This document shows positions 9,967 through 20,725 of a DNA stretch of 64,000 bases, in pieces. The notes under the pieces are model-generated. The model did not search any database. It saw only the letters and a program-made list of their open reading frames with translations, and was not told where the DNA came from. The DNA comes from an uncultured Alphaproteobacteria bacterium (GTDB taxonomy: Bacteria > Pseudomonadota > Alphaproteobacteria > Rhizobiales > Xanthobacteraceae), in contig CAVSXY010000013.1 of the NCBI GenBank assembly GCA_963732015.1, positions 3,662-67,661 on the forward strand. Reading direction: 5' to 3'. A program made the position numbers and the translations under genes. The stretch's first letter is position 1, and each line of letters starts with the position of its first letter.

Positions 9967-10539
9967 TCAGCCTGGTTGCGCGCGTGCCTTCGGCCGGCGC
10001 AGATGCTCATCGAGCCGCGGCATGATCTCGACGAAATTGCATGGGCCGTGGCGATAGTCGAGCTGATGTACGAGGATTTCGTCCCAGGCATCCTTGCAGG
10101 CGCCCGGCGAGCCGGGCAGGCAGAAGATGTAGGTCGAACCGGCTAAACCCCCGGTGGCGCGCGACTGGATCGCCGAGGTGCCGATCTTCGGGAAGCTCAC
10201 CACGAGAAACAGCGCCGAGAAGGCATCCATCTTCTTTTCGAACAGCGGTTCGATCGCCTCCGGGGTGACGTCGCGGCCGGTGAAGCCGGTGCCCCCGGTG
10301 GTGATGATGACGTCGATCATCGGATCGGCAATCCACTCTTTGACGCGCCCGCGGATCGCCTCGACGTCGTCGGTCACGATGCCGCGCTCGGCGACATAAT
10401 GCCCAGCCGTGACGATGCGCTGCACCAGCACCGCTCCGGACTTGTCGTTCTTCATATCCCGTGTGTCGGAAACGGTCAGAACCGCAATCTTGAGCGGCAC
10501 GAACTGCTTTTTCTCGTCGACCCCGGGCATGGCTTTCAC
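9967..10539 (-). CDS. moaB: Molybdenum cofactor biosynthesis protein B
   Basis: LKIAVLTVSDTRD...ITTGGTGFTGRDVTPEA...LPGSPGACKDAW...QLDYRHGPCNF. Confidence 0.85.
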   Translation of the reverse strand: MKAMPGVDEKKQFVPLKIAVLTVSDTRDMKNDKSGAVLVQRIVTAGHYVAERGIVTDDVEAIRGRVKEWIADPMIDVIITTGGTGFTGRDVTPEAIEPLFEKKMDAFSALFLVVSFPKIGTSAIQSRATGGLAGSTYIFCLPGSPGACKDAWDEILVHQLDYRHGPCNFVEIMPRLDEHLRRPKARAQPG

Positions 10540-10618
10540 CTTACACCATCATTACGGCCCTGGGCAGCCTTGTCGTCCGCCCAGCCCACTCGTCCGCCCA
10601 TCCGTCCGCGGCGCGCGC

Positions 10619-11533
10619 CTACAAAGCGTCCGCCGACAGCGTATCGCAGGCCGACACTTTGCCGGAGTTGAAGCCGTTCATGAACCAGCGCTTGCGCTGC
10701 TCGGATGTGCCATGGGTGAAGGCGTCGGGCACGACGTAGCCCTGGGCCTGCTTCTGCAGCGTGTCGTCGCCGATCGCGGAGGCGGTCTGCAGGGCGGCGT
10801 CGACGTCGCCCGGATCAAGGAAATTGTGCTTTGCCTGGGCGCGGTTGGCCCAGACGCCGGCGAAGCAGTCGGCCTGCAGTTCGACCCGCACCTGGAGCGC
10901 GTTCGCCTCGGCCTTGCTCGACGACGCCTGCTGCGCCTGCGTCACCCGCGGCAGGATGCCGAGCTCGTCCTGCACGTGATGCCCGACCTCGTGCGCGATC
11001 ACATAGGCTTCCGAGAACTGGCAGGCCTTGCTGCTGGGCAGGCGCCGAAATTGTGTCTGCAGGTCGTCGAAGAACGACGTGTCGAGATAGATGCGCTGAT
11101 CGCGCGGGCAATAGAACGGCCCCATCGCCGATTGCGCAAAGCGCGCACGGCGTCGGCTCGGAACCCGCGAACAGCCGCAGCTTCGGCGGATGATAGGTCT
11201 GGCCGCTGGCGGCGAAGATTTCGGTCCAGCGATCCTCGGTGTCGCCGAGCACCGCGGCGACGAAATCGCCGGTCTGGTCGGTCGGCTTGCCGGTCGGTCG
11301 ACCGGAGGCGCCGTCGGTCTGCTGCGTGCTGTGCCGCCGCCGGTCAGGATTTGCGCGCCGCCGATCAGTACGCTCGGATCGATGCCGAAGCTCCCAGCTG
11401 ATCAGGCCGAGGACGACGACGGTGCCGATGCCGAGGCCGCCGCCGCCGCCCGGCATTCCGAAGCCGCCGCCGATGCGCCGCCCTCGCGATCGTCTTCGAC
11501 GTTGTCGCTACGGCGAAAATCATCCCAGCGCAT
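10619..11533 (-). pseudogene. YpfJ-type neutral zinc metallopeptidase, at least 3 frameshifts
   Basis: MRWDDFRRSDNVEDDREGG / [21 protein letters not shown] / ...[47 protein letters not shown] / [22 protein letters not shown]...[17 protein letters not shown] (HExxH). The pieces lie in three frames. Confidence 0.8.
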
Positions 11534-11811
11534 GTGTTATTCTCCTTCCCAAATCCGGCGCGATGGCCAGCTCCACATCGATCGCTCGCGGCAATAAAGT
11601 CGTAACGCTTCGCACATCGATTAAGCGAGTGTTTCCCGGCATTTATTGCCTAGCAGACGGCGTCTGCGATTAAGTCGATCTTTACCTTAACGGCATCATC
11701 CTGATTGTCGGTTGTAGGTCCCGCGTCGCCGACCGCGTCGCCTGAGTTCAGAGTTCTGAGTCATGGTAGTGTCGCGTCGCGGGGCGTCCGCAAGGGCGCC
11801 CCGCGTTAGTT

Positions 11812-12898
<1,087 letters not shown>

Positions 12899-12900
<2 letters not shown>

Positions 12901-12975
12901 TGGAGCTTTTGGATTTGACATTCGCTTCACAGACTCGCGGCCCAGGTGGGTAGCGAATGTCAAATCCGCTCCACT
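12899..12975. repeat. Long imperfect hairpin (8+16 bp stem, 25-nt loop) immediately after the ccrM stop
   Basis: agtggagc-tttt-ggatttgacattcgct ... agcgaatgtcaaatcc-gctccact. No U-tract follows. Confidence 0.45.
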
Positions 12976-13119
12976 AGAGTCCGCATGTCGGGCTGCGTCA
13001 CTGGTCATCTTTGACCAACCGCCGGCGTCGGCTTGTCAAATATGCCGGCATACAAAACGCAGCGCCCGCGGTATCAAGCGTATGATAGCTTACGGTCGTT
13101 GGCCTAAAAGGGGGCGACC

Positions 13120-14070
13120 GTGAGACGACGCGAGTTTCTCGGACTTCAGCGGCTTGCGCGGTTCTGGCGGATCGGCTTCCTCTCGCCGGGTCCCGGCGAG
13201 AACCCGAGGAGCATAAAGTGGAGCGGAGATTTCGAGCGTGCGCTCGAAGGCCTCGGCTGGACGGTCGGCCGCAATCTTCACATCGACTATCGCTGGGGCG
13301 CCATCGATCCCGGGCTGCGCCAGCGATATGCGCGCGAGCTGGTAGCGCTTGCGCCCGAGGCGATCCTTGCGGTCACCCCAGCGATCGCCACTGCGCTGAC
13401 GCGCGAGACGAGCAGCATTCCCATTGTCTTTCTCGACGGCCCGGAGGCGTCGATCCGCGGGTTTGTTGCCGACTGGACCCACCCCGGCGGCAACGTCACG
13501 GGCTTCATCAATTTCGTGAATTCGATCTTCGGCAAATGGCTGCAGCTGCTCAAGGACGTCGCGCCGCAGATCGACCGCGTCGGTTACCTGTTCAATCCCG
13601 AGAGCACGCTTGCGGGCAACTATCCGGTCAGCGAGATCGAGGCGGCGGCGGGGCCACTGAAAGTGGAGATTGTCGCCGCTCCGGTCAGCGACAGCAGCGC
13701 GATAGAGCGGGCGATCGGCGCGCTCGCAACGGAGCGCCGCGGCGGCACGATTGTGCTGCCTGGACCGTTTGTCGCCAATCACCAGCCGGAAATCTTCTCC
13801 GCCGCGGAGCGTTTTGGCGTACCGATCATCTATCCATTCCGGTTCTATGTCGAAAATGGCGGGCTCCTCTCCTACGGCGTCGATGAATCCGACCTTTACC
13901 GGGGCGCGGCTTCGTATATCGACCGCATTCTGAAAGGTGAGAAACCAGGCGATCTGCCTATTCAGGCGCCGACCAGGTTTGAATTGGCCGTCAATCTCAA
14001 CACCGCGAAGGCGCTCGGGCTGACGGTCCCATCTTCGCTGCTGGCGGTTGCCGACGGGGTCATCGAATGA
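13120..14070 (+). CDS. PF04392-type (ABC_sub_bind) periplasmic binding protein paralog that lacks a signal-peptide hydrophobic core
   Basis: GTG start. MRRREFLGLQRLARFWRIGFLSPG..., THPGGNVTGF, LLSYG, ends ...LLAVADGVIE. Confidence 0.8.
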   Translation: MRRREFLGLQRLARFWRIGFLSPGPGENPRSIKWSGDFERALEGLGWTVGRNLHIDYRWGAIDPGLRQRYARELVALAPEAILAVTPAIATALTRETSSIPIVFLDGPEASIRGFVADWTHPGGNVTGFINFVNSIFGKWLQLLKDVAPQIDRVGYLFNPESTLAGNYPVSEIEAAAGPLKVEIVAAPVSDSSAIERAIGALATERRGGTIVLPGPFVANHQPEIFSAAERFGVPIIYPFRFYVENGGLLSYGVDESDLYRGAASYIDRILKGEKPGDLPIQAPTRFELAVNLNTAKALGLTVPSSLLAVADGVIE

Positions 14071-15041
14071 GACGGCGCGAATTCATTGCGATCATTGGCG
14101 CCATCACTCTGTGGCCGTTCGCAGCAAACGCGCAAACGGCAAAGATGCCGATCATCGGTTACCTTGCCGCAAACTCTGAAGCAGCCGATCGCCCTCGCCG
14201 CACCGCTTTCGTGCGGCGGCTCAGCGAACTCGGCTGGATCGAGGGCAAGAGTGCGCACATTGAATACCGCTGGTCGGACGGTGCCGTCGCACGCGCCGCC
14301 GAGATTGCGTCGGAACTCCAACGGTTGCCGGTCGATATCTTCGTGACCGGCGGCGATGCCTTTGTTCTCGCTGTCAAACGGATCACGGCGACCATCCCTA
14401 TCGTCTTTGCCTCCGCGGGCGACCCCGTTGGCAATGGTCTGGTGGAAAGCCTCGCGCGTCCCGGCGGCAACGTCACCGGCCTTTCGCTGCAATTGACCGA
14501 GACTGTCGGTAAGCGGCTCGAACTGTTGCGCGAAATTGCGCCGTCGCTGCATCGGCTGGCGATTGCGTTCAATGCCTCCGATCCGCAGGTCCATGCGGAA
14601 CGCGACGCGGTGCTGGCCGCAGCCCAGTCGCTCGGTCTCGAGACAATCAAGGTGAACCTTCGGCCAGGCGAGGATTTCGCGCCGACAATCGAAGCGCTCA
14701 AGGGACAGGTTGAGGCGCTCTATGTGTGTCTCGATCCATTCGTTGTCACCAACGGCGCGCGCATCAATGCATTTGCGCTCGCGGCGCGGCTGCCGGTGAT
14801 GCACGGTGTCCGTGAGAACGTCCCCAGCGACGGTCTCATTTCCTATGGGCCGAGCTTTCCCGACATGTCGCGCCGCGCCGCCGAGATCGTCGACAAGATC
14901 CTGCGCGGTGCCCAACCCCCCGACGTTCCGGTCGAGCAACCGACCACATTCGATCTCGTCGTCAATCTCAAGACAGCGAAAGCGCTTGGCGTCAGCATCC
15001 CCGGAACATTACTCGCACGCGCCGACGAGGTGATTGAATAG
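14067..15041 (+). CDS. PF04392-type periplasmic binding protein paralog
   Basis: MRRREFIAIIGAITLWPFAANAQ, ARPGGNVTGL, ends LLARADEVIE. ATGA overlap with the preceding paralog. Confidence 0.85.
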   Translation: MRRREFIAIIGAITLWPFAANAQTAKMPIIGYLAANSEAADRPRRTAFVRRLSELGWIEGKSAHIEYRWSDGAVARAAEIASELQRLPVDIFVTGGDAFVLAVKRITATIPIVFASAGDPVGNGLVESLARPGGNVTGLSLQLTETVGKRLELLREIAPSLHRLAIAFNASDPQVHAERDAVLAAAQSLGLETIKVNLRPGEDFAPTIEALKGQVEALYVCLDPFVVTNGARINAFALAARLPVMHGVRENVPSDGLISYGPSFPDMSRRAAEIVDKILRGAQPPDVPVEQPTTFDLVVNLKTAKALGVSIPGTLLARADEVIE

Positions 15042-15099
15042 CGGCATTCTTGTTGCGATGCTCTTTCGCCCAACGGTGTTTCGCCAAAGTCGTTGCCGG

Positions 15100-16498
15100 C
15101 TAAGCCGCGGCCAGCAAAGGCCACAGTTCCTTCAGCGGCCGCGTGCCGCCAAGTTCGCCGAGATACCGAAGAATGCGTTCGGCCCGCGCCCGGTCAAAAA
15201 CCTGGGTTGCGCAATCGAAAAATTTGTCCTCGACCTGCCGCTCCGTCATCGGGCGGCCCGGCGAGCCGAGCGCAAAGTCGCGCACCCGTTCGATGCGGCG
15301 GCCGTCCGTCAAAATCACCGCAACGCGCGCGGGCAGCGGAATTTCGATCGGGTCGCCCAGAGAGGGGTCGATTGACGCCGACACGTTGCGCGCCAATGCA
15401 ACCACCTGCGGATCCGCAATCGCCGCTTCGGTAAAGGCCTTAAGACGCGGCGGGCCGTGCACAAGCGTATAGGCGGTCAGAAAAGCCGCACTGAATTTCG
15501 CGGGACTCGACGGTCGTCGGATACTCGGCTTTGACGTTGCGTGCGGCGAACCGGGTGACGCCGACTTCCGCGGACGCGATCTGCGCGATCGCCGGCCCCA
15601 ATTCGTCGCGGATATCGAGCGCGGCGTCGATCGCGGGATGCGCGAGCCCGCCGCACGGATACGCTTTGATCGTGAAGGCGTCGTCCGCGAGATCGAAGCG
15701 GGAGCCGAGTTCGGCAAAGACGTCCGTCGACAGTTTCAGTCCTCTGCCGAAGGCCGCGAAATAGCCGTTACGGTCTTCAAGCGCGACCGGCGACGCCGTA
15801 TAGCCGCGGCCACCGAGGATCGCCGCGGTCACCGCGTTTTGCGCCGTGTGGCCGGCCAGCAGCGGCTTTGTCATGGTGCCGAAGTTGACCGACAGGCCAC
15901 CCGACATGGAGGTAGCAATTCCGATCGCGTTGCCGATCGCTGCCGCCGGCAGTTTGAGCAGCCGGGCGCAAGCGGCCGTGCTGGCGATGGTGCCGATCGT
16001 TCCGACCGCGTGCCAGGCGCCCTGGTTGGCGTGATCGGGATTGGCGCGGCACAGCCGGGACGCAACCTCGAAGCCGATGATGAAGGCGGCAATCAACTCC
16101 GAGGATTCGGCTCCGGTCGTTTCGGCAAGCGGCAGAAGGGCCGGAATGAGCGACGCGACCGGTTGGCCCATCAGATAGGACAGATCGTAGTCCATCCCGT
16201 GCGACGCAACGCCGTTCGCCAGCGCGGCAAGCCGCACCGACGTCCAAAGCCTGGTGCCAACGACAGAAGCGGCCGGAGCGCTTCCTTCGGACGCGATCAA
16301 TCCGTGGACGATAGCGGCCGCCGGCTGCGCGGAGCCCGCGAGCATCACGCCGACCGTATCGATGTACGCGCGCCGGGCGTTGGCGACTGCGGCGTCCGGG
16401 GCGTTCCGCAAATCGAAGCCGGTCACGAATCTGGCAATGATCCCGCTTAGCTGCGCCGGTTCGGATAAGGCCATGTTGGCTGGCGCCCGGTTGTTCAT
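15100..16498 (-). pseudogene. MmgE/PrpD-family protein (2-methylcitrate dehydratase-like), one frameshift near 15490
   Basis: The N-terminal 330+ aa are in ORF 15440-16591 (LSGIIARFVTGFDL...ALANGVASHGMDYDL...HAVGTIG...). The C-terminus is in ORF 15100-15717 (FSAAFLTAYTLVHGPPRLKAFTEAAIADPQVVALARNV...ELWPLLAAA). Confidence 0.8.
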
Positions 16499-16678
16499 CG
16501 ACAAATCCCCGCGCCATCTTAGGCGGCGGAGGTCTTCGCGCAAAGCTTGGCGCAAAGCCGCGGACTGCACGTTTGCCAAGGCGTGGCCCAAACAACTAAA
16601 ATTTGGTCAGCCGACCAAGCCTCGCCACATGAAATGCTGGTGCGACGCAACCCAAGGTCGGCGCGTCAGGGGGGAGTG

Positions 16679-17662
16679 ATGATGCCCAGGGATTGCCTGA
16701 TCGCGCTCGTCGCGGCGATTGCCATGTGCGCCGCTCCGGTTTGCGCGAGCGCGCAGACTTATCCCGAACGTCCGGTTCATCTCATCGTACCCTATCCGCC
16801 GGGCGGAACAACCGATGTCATCGCCCGCACGCTGGCGCAGAAGCTCGCAGCGGGGCTCGGCCAGAGCGTTGTCGTCGACAACCGTGCCGGGGCAAGTTCG
16901 GAGATCGGCACTGCCGCGGCCGCAAAGGCGTCACCCGATGGCTACACGCTGCTGTTCGGGCCGGCCGACGGGCTGTCGATTCTGCCGGCGCTCAAGAAGT
17001 CGACAAGCTACGATCCGGTCCACGATTTCACACCGATCGGGCGCGTGGCGACGAGCCCGTTCGTGTACGCGGTGTCCGCGAAGCTCGCGGCGGCCAATTT
17101 GAGCGATTTCGTTGCCGACGCCAAAGCGCGTCCGAACCAGATCAAGTTTGGTTCGCCGGGCGTCGGCAGCATTTCGGATCTCTCCGTCGCGCTTCTGGAA
17201 GCGGAAGCCGGGATCAAACTGCTGCACGTGCCCTACAGCGGCGGTTCGCCGGCGGCCGTGCTCGACCTTTTGGGCGGACGCATCGACATGGTGAGCTCCG
17301 GACCGATCGGGATTGCCGACCTCTTGAGCAAAGCCCAGGCTCACCTCCTCGCGCAGACCGGTCCCACGCGTCATCCGCTCGTCGCCGATGTTCCAACTAC
17401 GGCGGAAGCTGGGTGGCCGAACGTTCAGGTCGTGAGCTGGTTCGGCATTCTGGGTCCCGCCGGACTGTCGCCTGCGATCGTCGCGACTCTGAGCAAGCAG
17501 CTCGATCTCGTCCTGCAGGACAAGGCAGTGCGGGACCAACTCGTGAAAGTTGGGGCCAATGTGGCGCCGCAATCGCCCGAGCAGTTCGGTCAGTTCATCG
17601 TCAGCGAGAACAAGAAATGGAGCTCGGTCATCGCCGCAGCGGGCATCCAGAAAGAGGATTGA
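16679..17662 (+). CDS. TctC/Bug-family tripartite tricarboxylate transporter binding protein
   Basis: Signal peptide, then YPERPVHLIVPYPPGGTTDVIARTLAQKL. RBS gggggag precedes the start. Confidence 0.85.
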   Translation: MMPRDCLIALVAAIAMCAAPVCASAQTYPERPVHLIVPYPPGGTTDVIARTLAQKLAAGLGQSVVVDNRAGASSEIGTAAAAKASPDGYTLLFGPADGLSILPALKKSTSYDPVHDFTPIGRVATSPFVYAVSAKLAAANLSDFVADAKARPNQIKFGSPGVGSISDLSVALLEAEAGIKLLHVPYSGGSPAAVLDLLGGRIDMVSSGPIGIADLLSKAQAHLLAQTGPTRHPLVADVPTTAEAGWPNVQVVSWFGILGPAGLSPAIVATLSKQLDLVLQDKAVRDQLVKVGANVAPQSPEQFGQFIVSENKKWSSVIAAAGIQKED

Positions 17663-17669
17663 GTCCGAT

Positions 17670-18657
17670 CTACTCTGCCCTGATGCCGGCCGCGCGGATT
17701 ACCTTCGCCCACTTGTCGATCTCGTCCTGCACATAGGCGCCGAACTCGTTCGGGGTGAACAGCATCGGCGTCGTCGCGACTTCGGTAAGACGGCCTTCAG
17801 CGCCGGATCGGCGAGGCCCGCGTTGATCTCGCGGTTGAGCCGCGCGATGACGTCGGCGGGCGTGCCACGCGGCGCGCCGACGCCGCACCAGGAATTGGCG
17901 ACATAGAGTGGCATGGTTTCGCCGATGGTCGGCACTTCGGGCAGGCCCGGAAAGCGCTCGCGGCCGGCGACCGCGAGCGCGCGGATGGTGCCGGAACTGG
18001 ATGTGCGGCAGCTCGCCTGTCATCACATCGAATTCGAGCTGCACCTGGCCCGCCATGAGGTCGGTCAGCATGGCTGCGCCGCCCTTGTACGGCACGTGCA
18101 CCATGTCGACCCCGGCCATCATGCTTGAACAGTTCGCCCGCCACATGCGACGTCGTGCCGGTGCCGAACGATGCGAGCCCGAGCTTGCCGGGATTGGTTT
18201 TGGCGTAGGTGATCAACTCGGGGATTGATTTCGCCGGAACCGACGGATGCGCCACCAGCACGAGAGGAAAGTCGATCAGACCGGCGACCGGCGCGATGTC
18301 GCGCGTGAGATTGAACGTCAGATTATTGAACACCGACACGTTCACTGCCGCCGACGCCGCAATGAACACCAGCGTGTAGCCGTCGGGCGGCGAGTTGACC
18401 ACCGCCTCAAGCGAGATATTCGTGCTCGCGCCGGGCTTGTTCTCGACGACCACCGACTGGCCGAGCCGTTCGCTGAGCCAAGCCGCCATGATGCGCGACA
18501 CGATGTCGGCGCCGCCGCCCGGCGGAAATCCCACGACGAAACGGATCGGCCGCGACGGGTAGCCGTCCGCGCGCGCCTCGCCGGATACGCCCACGAGCGA
18601 CACGGCCGCCGCGAAGTGAAGAAACCGGCGGCGCGGAAGATTGAACGGCGTTCGCAT
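17670..18657 (-). pseudogene. TctC/Bug-family binding protein, at least 2 frameshifts
   Basis: MRTPFNLPRRRFLHFAAAV...YPSRPIRFVVGFPPGGGADIVSRIMAAWL...SHVAGELFK / MMAGVDMVHVPYKGGAAMLTDLMAGQVQLEFDVMTGELPHIQ / ...MPLYVANSWCGVGAPRGTPADVIARLNREINAGLADPALKA / ...FTPNEFGAYVQDEIDKWAKVIRAAGIRAE. Confidence 0.8.
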
Positions 18658-19068
18658 GTCCCACCTCCCTTGAGCTTCGCACACGCCCCTCCCGGAGCGC
18701 GATGACGTCTCAAGTCATCACGTGAGCACTTGCAGCACTTCGGCCGGCGTACACTCGCCGGCAAACACCGTGGCGATCATCATAAAAGGTATGAACGACA
18801 CACGTCCAGGTGGGCCCCGTCGGTAGCTGCGCAACGAAGCCACGCCCCTGAGCGCGGACCCGGCGCGGACCTGGCGCCGATCATTGCGCAGGGGCTTGGG
18901 GTCTCCAAAGTTCATCATTGCGATGGCGGCGGCCTTTCCGCCTTGGGGCGCGAAAAAGCACTGAAATTGTTGTATGCATGCGCTCAAGGGCTTTCGCCTT
19001 GGAGCGGCAAGGAATAGCGGCGCTGGTTTAAGACAAGATCGGCCGATCTCAGCATGGAGGGTGCAGAG

Positions 19069-20679
19069 ATGAAGTCGCGGCTTTTCGTATTGCTGTGCGG
19101 TTTGTTTGTCGCCGCGATACCGGCGTCGGCGCAACAGCCTAGTCCGAACAATCAAATTGCGCTGATCATCGGCAACGCCAACTATCCCAATTCGGACACA
19201 CCCATCGCTTCAGCCGTTGGGGACGCTCGCGCGATCGCCGGCGGACTGCGCAACGACGGTTTCGAAGTAGATGTCAGGGAAAACGCCGGGAAGGAAGCCC
19301 TGCAGCGCGCGATTGACGCATTCAACGGCAAGATCCACAGCGGCACAGTCGCGCTGTTCTACTTCAGCGGTTTCGGCCTCCAGGTCGCGCGGCAGACCTA
19401 CCTCTTCCCGGTCGACGCTCAAGTATGGTCCGAAGCCGACGCAAAAAAGGACGGCATCAGCCTCGACGCGGTTGTCGCCGAAATGCACCGCAGGGGCGCA
19501 CACATCAAAATCGTCATCGTTGACGCTTCGCGGCGAAACCCGTTCGAACGCCGCTTCCGGCCGACGCCTGGCGGCCTTGCCGCACTCGATGCGCCGCAAA
19601 ACACGTTGGCCATCTATTCAGCTGCCCCTGGCGCCGTGGTCAACGACAGCAAGGCGAGCCCCAGTCTGTTCGCCGGCGAATTGATCAAAGAAATGCGGGT
19701 CCCGAACGTAACGGCCGAGGTGGCTTTCAACCAAACGCGGATGGGCGTGTCACGCGCCTCGAACGACGAGCAGATTCCCTGGGTCGCATCCACTCTGACC
19801 GACGAATATTCATTTCAACCCTCGAGCAAGGTCGCCGTAAAGCCCACGCCCGACCCGGCGCCGTCTCCGGTCGTGACGCCTGCGCCCAGCCCTGCGCCTA
19901 AACTCCCGGTACTACCCCCGTCAGTACCGACGACACCGGCGGTCACTGATCTAAAGGCTTTGCTGGCGCCGTTTATCAGCAAATATGAAGACGCCTACAA
20001 CAACAAGGACAACAATCCCGACGCGCTGGTGGCGCTCTACACAAAGGACGCGCTCTATTTCAACGTCAACATTCAGGAATTGATCGTCGGCCCCGCCGCG
20101 CTGCGCGCCATGTTCAGCCGCTCGCGCGGGCTCAAGATAAAAATAGGCGATTATTCGGTCCTGCAAGTGGCGCCGAATGTTCTGCTCGCTTCGGGATACG
20201 ACGAGATCACGGGGCCCGACGGCAGGACCTTTCCGTATCGCGTGAGCTGGGCGATGGTGAAAGTCGACGGCAATTGGCTGATCGCCCAATCGCACACCTC
20301 TTTTTTCCCGCGGCCGCCTGCCGCGGCGGCGCCGACGCCGCCATCAGCCTCGGCGGCTGCGCCAGCACTGGCTCCGGCGCCTGCTGCATCGGGCGATTGC
20401 ATCTCGTCGCCGACCAAACTCGGGCAAAGTGGCGGCGGCAGCGGAGTGGCGATCCTCGCCGCAGACGTTGCGCAATATAAAGTCGCCGCCGACGCGGCAC
20501 GCACGAAAGCCACGCAAACCGGAGACACCGTCGTCTACGACAACGTCTTTCCGGCCGGATCCACCCAGTTCTCGTCCTATCTGTTTTTGATCGGGAACGC
20601 GCACCCGAAAGTCGTCATCTTTTGCGGTCCCAACAGCGCGGCTTTTGCTCAGGCCGAAAAAAACTCAGGTCTGCTGTAG
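19069..20679 (+). CDS. Secreted multidomain protein: caspase-fold (Peptidase C14-like) domain with both catalytic residues substituted, Pro-rich linker, NTF2-like (SnoaL/DUF4440-type) domain, and an unrecognised ~95-aa C-terminal domain
   Basis: MKSRLFVLLCGLFVAAIPASA signal peptide, RBS ggaggg. IALIIGNANYPN..., VALFYFSGFGLQV (His position is Phe), IKIVIVDASRRNPF (Cys position is Ser). Linker PTPDPAPSPVVTPAPSPAPKLPVLPP. Then FISKYEDAYNNKDNNPDALVALYTKDALYF...VDGNWLIAQSHTS. Confidence 0.75.
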   Translation: MKSRLFVLLCGLFVAAIPASAQQPSPNNQIALIIGNANYPNSDTPIASAVGDARAIAGGLRNDGFEVDVRENAGKEALQRAIDAFNGKIHSGTVALFYFSGFGLQVARQTYLFPVDAQVWSEADAKKDGISLDAVVAEMHRRGAHIKIVIVDASRRNPFERRFRPTPGGLAALDAPQNTLAIYSAAPGAVVNDSKASPSLFAGELIKEMRVPNVTAEVAFNQTRMGVSRASNDEQIPWVASTLTDEYSFQPSSKVAVKPTPDPAPSPVVTPAPSPAPKLPVLPPSVPTTPAVTDLKALLAPFISKYEDAYNNKDNNPDALVALYTKDALYFNVNIQELIVGPAALRAMFSRSRGLKIKIGDYSVLQVAPNVLLASGYDEITGPDGRTFPYRVSWAMVKVDGNWLIAQSHTSFFPRPPAAAAPTPPSASAAAPALAPAPAASGDCISSPTKLGQSGGGSGVAILAADVAQYKVAADAARTKATQTGDTVVYDNVFPAGSTQFSSYLFLIGNAHPKVVIFCGPNSAAFAQAEKNSGLL

Positions 20680-20725
20680 CCGCCGGTGACGACACTTCGC
20701 TCCGGCCTCAGGCCGGGCGCACAGT

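Noticed and set aside
18685-19068. 145-aa minus ORF and 95-aa plus ORF in the gap between the TctC gene and the caspase-like gene
   Set aside because: The two overlap each other, lack an RBS and motifs, and have atypical composition. I treat the gap as the promoter region of the two divergent genes.
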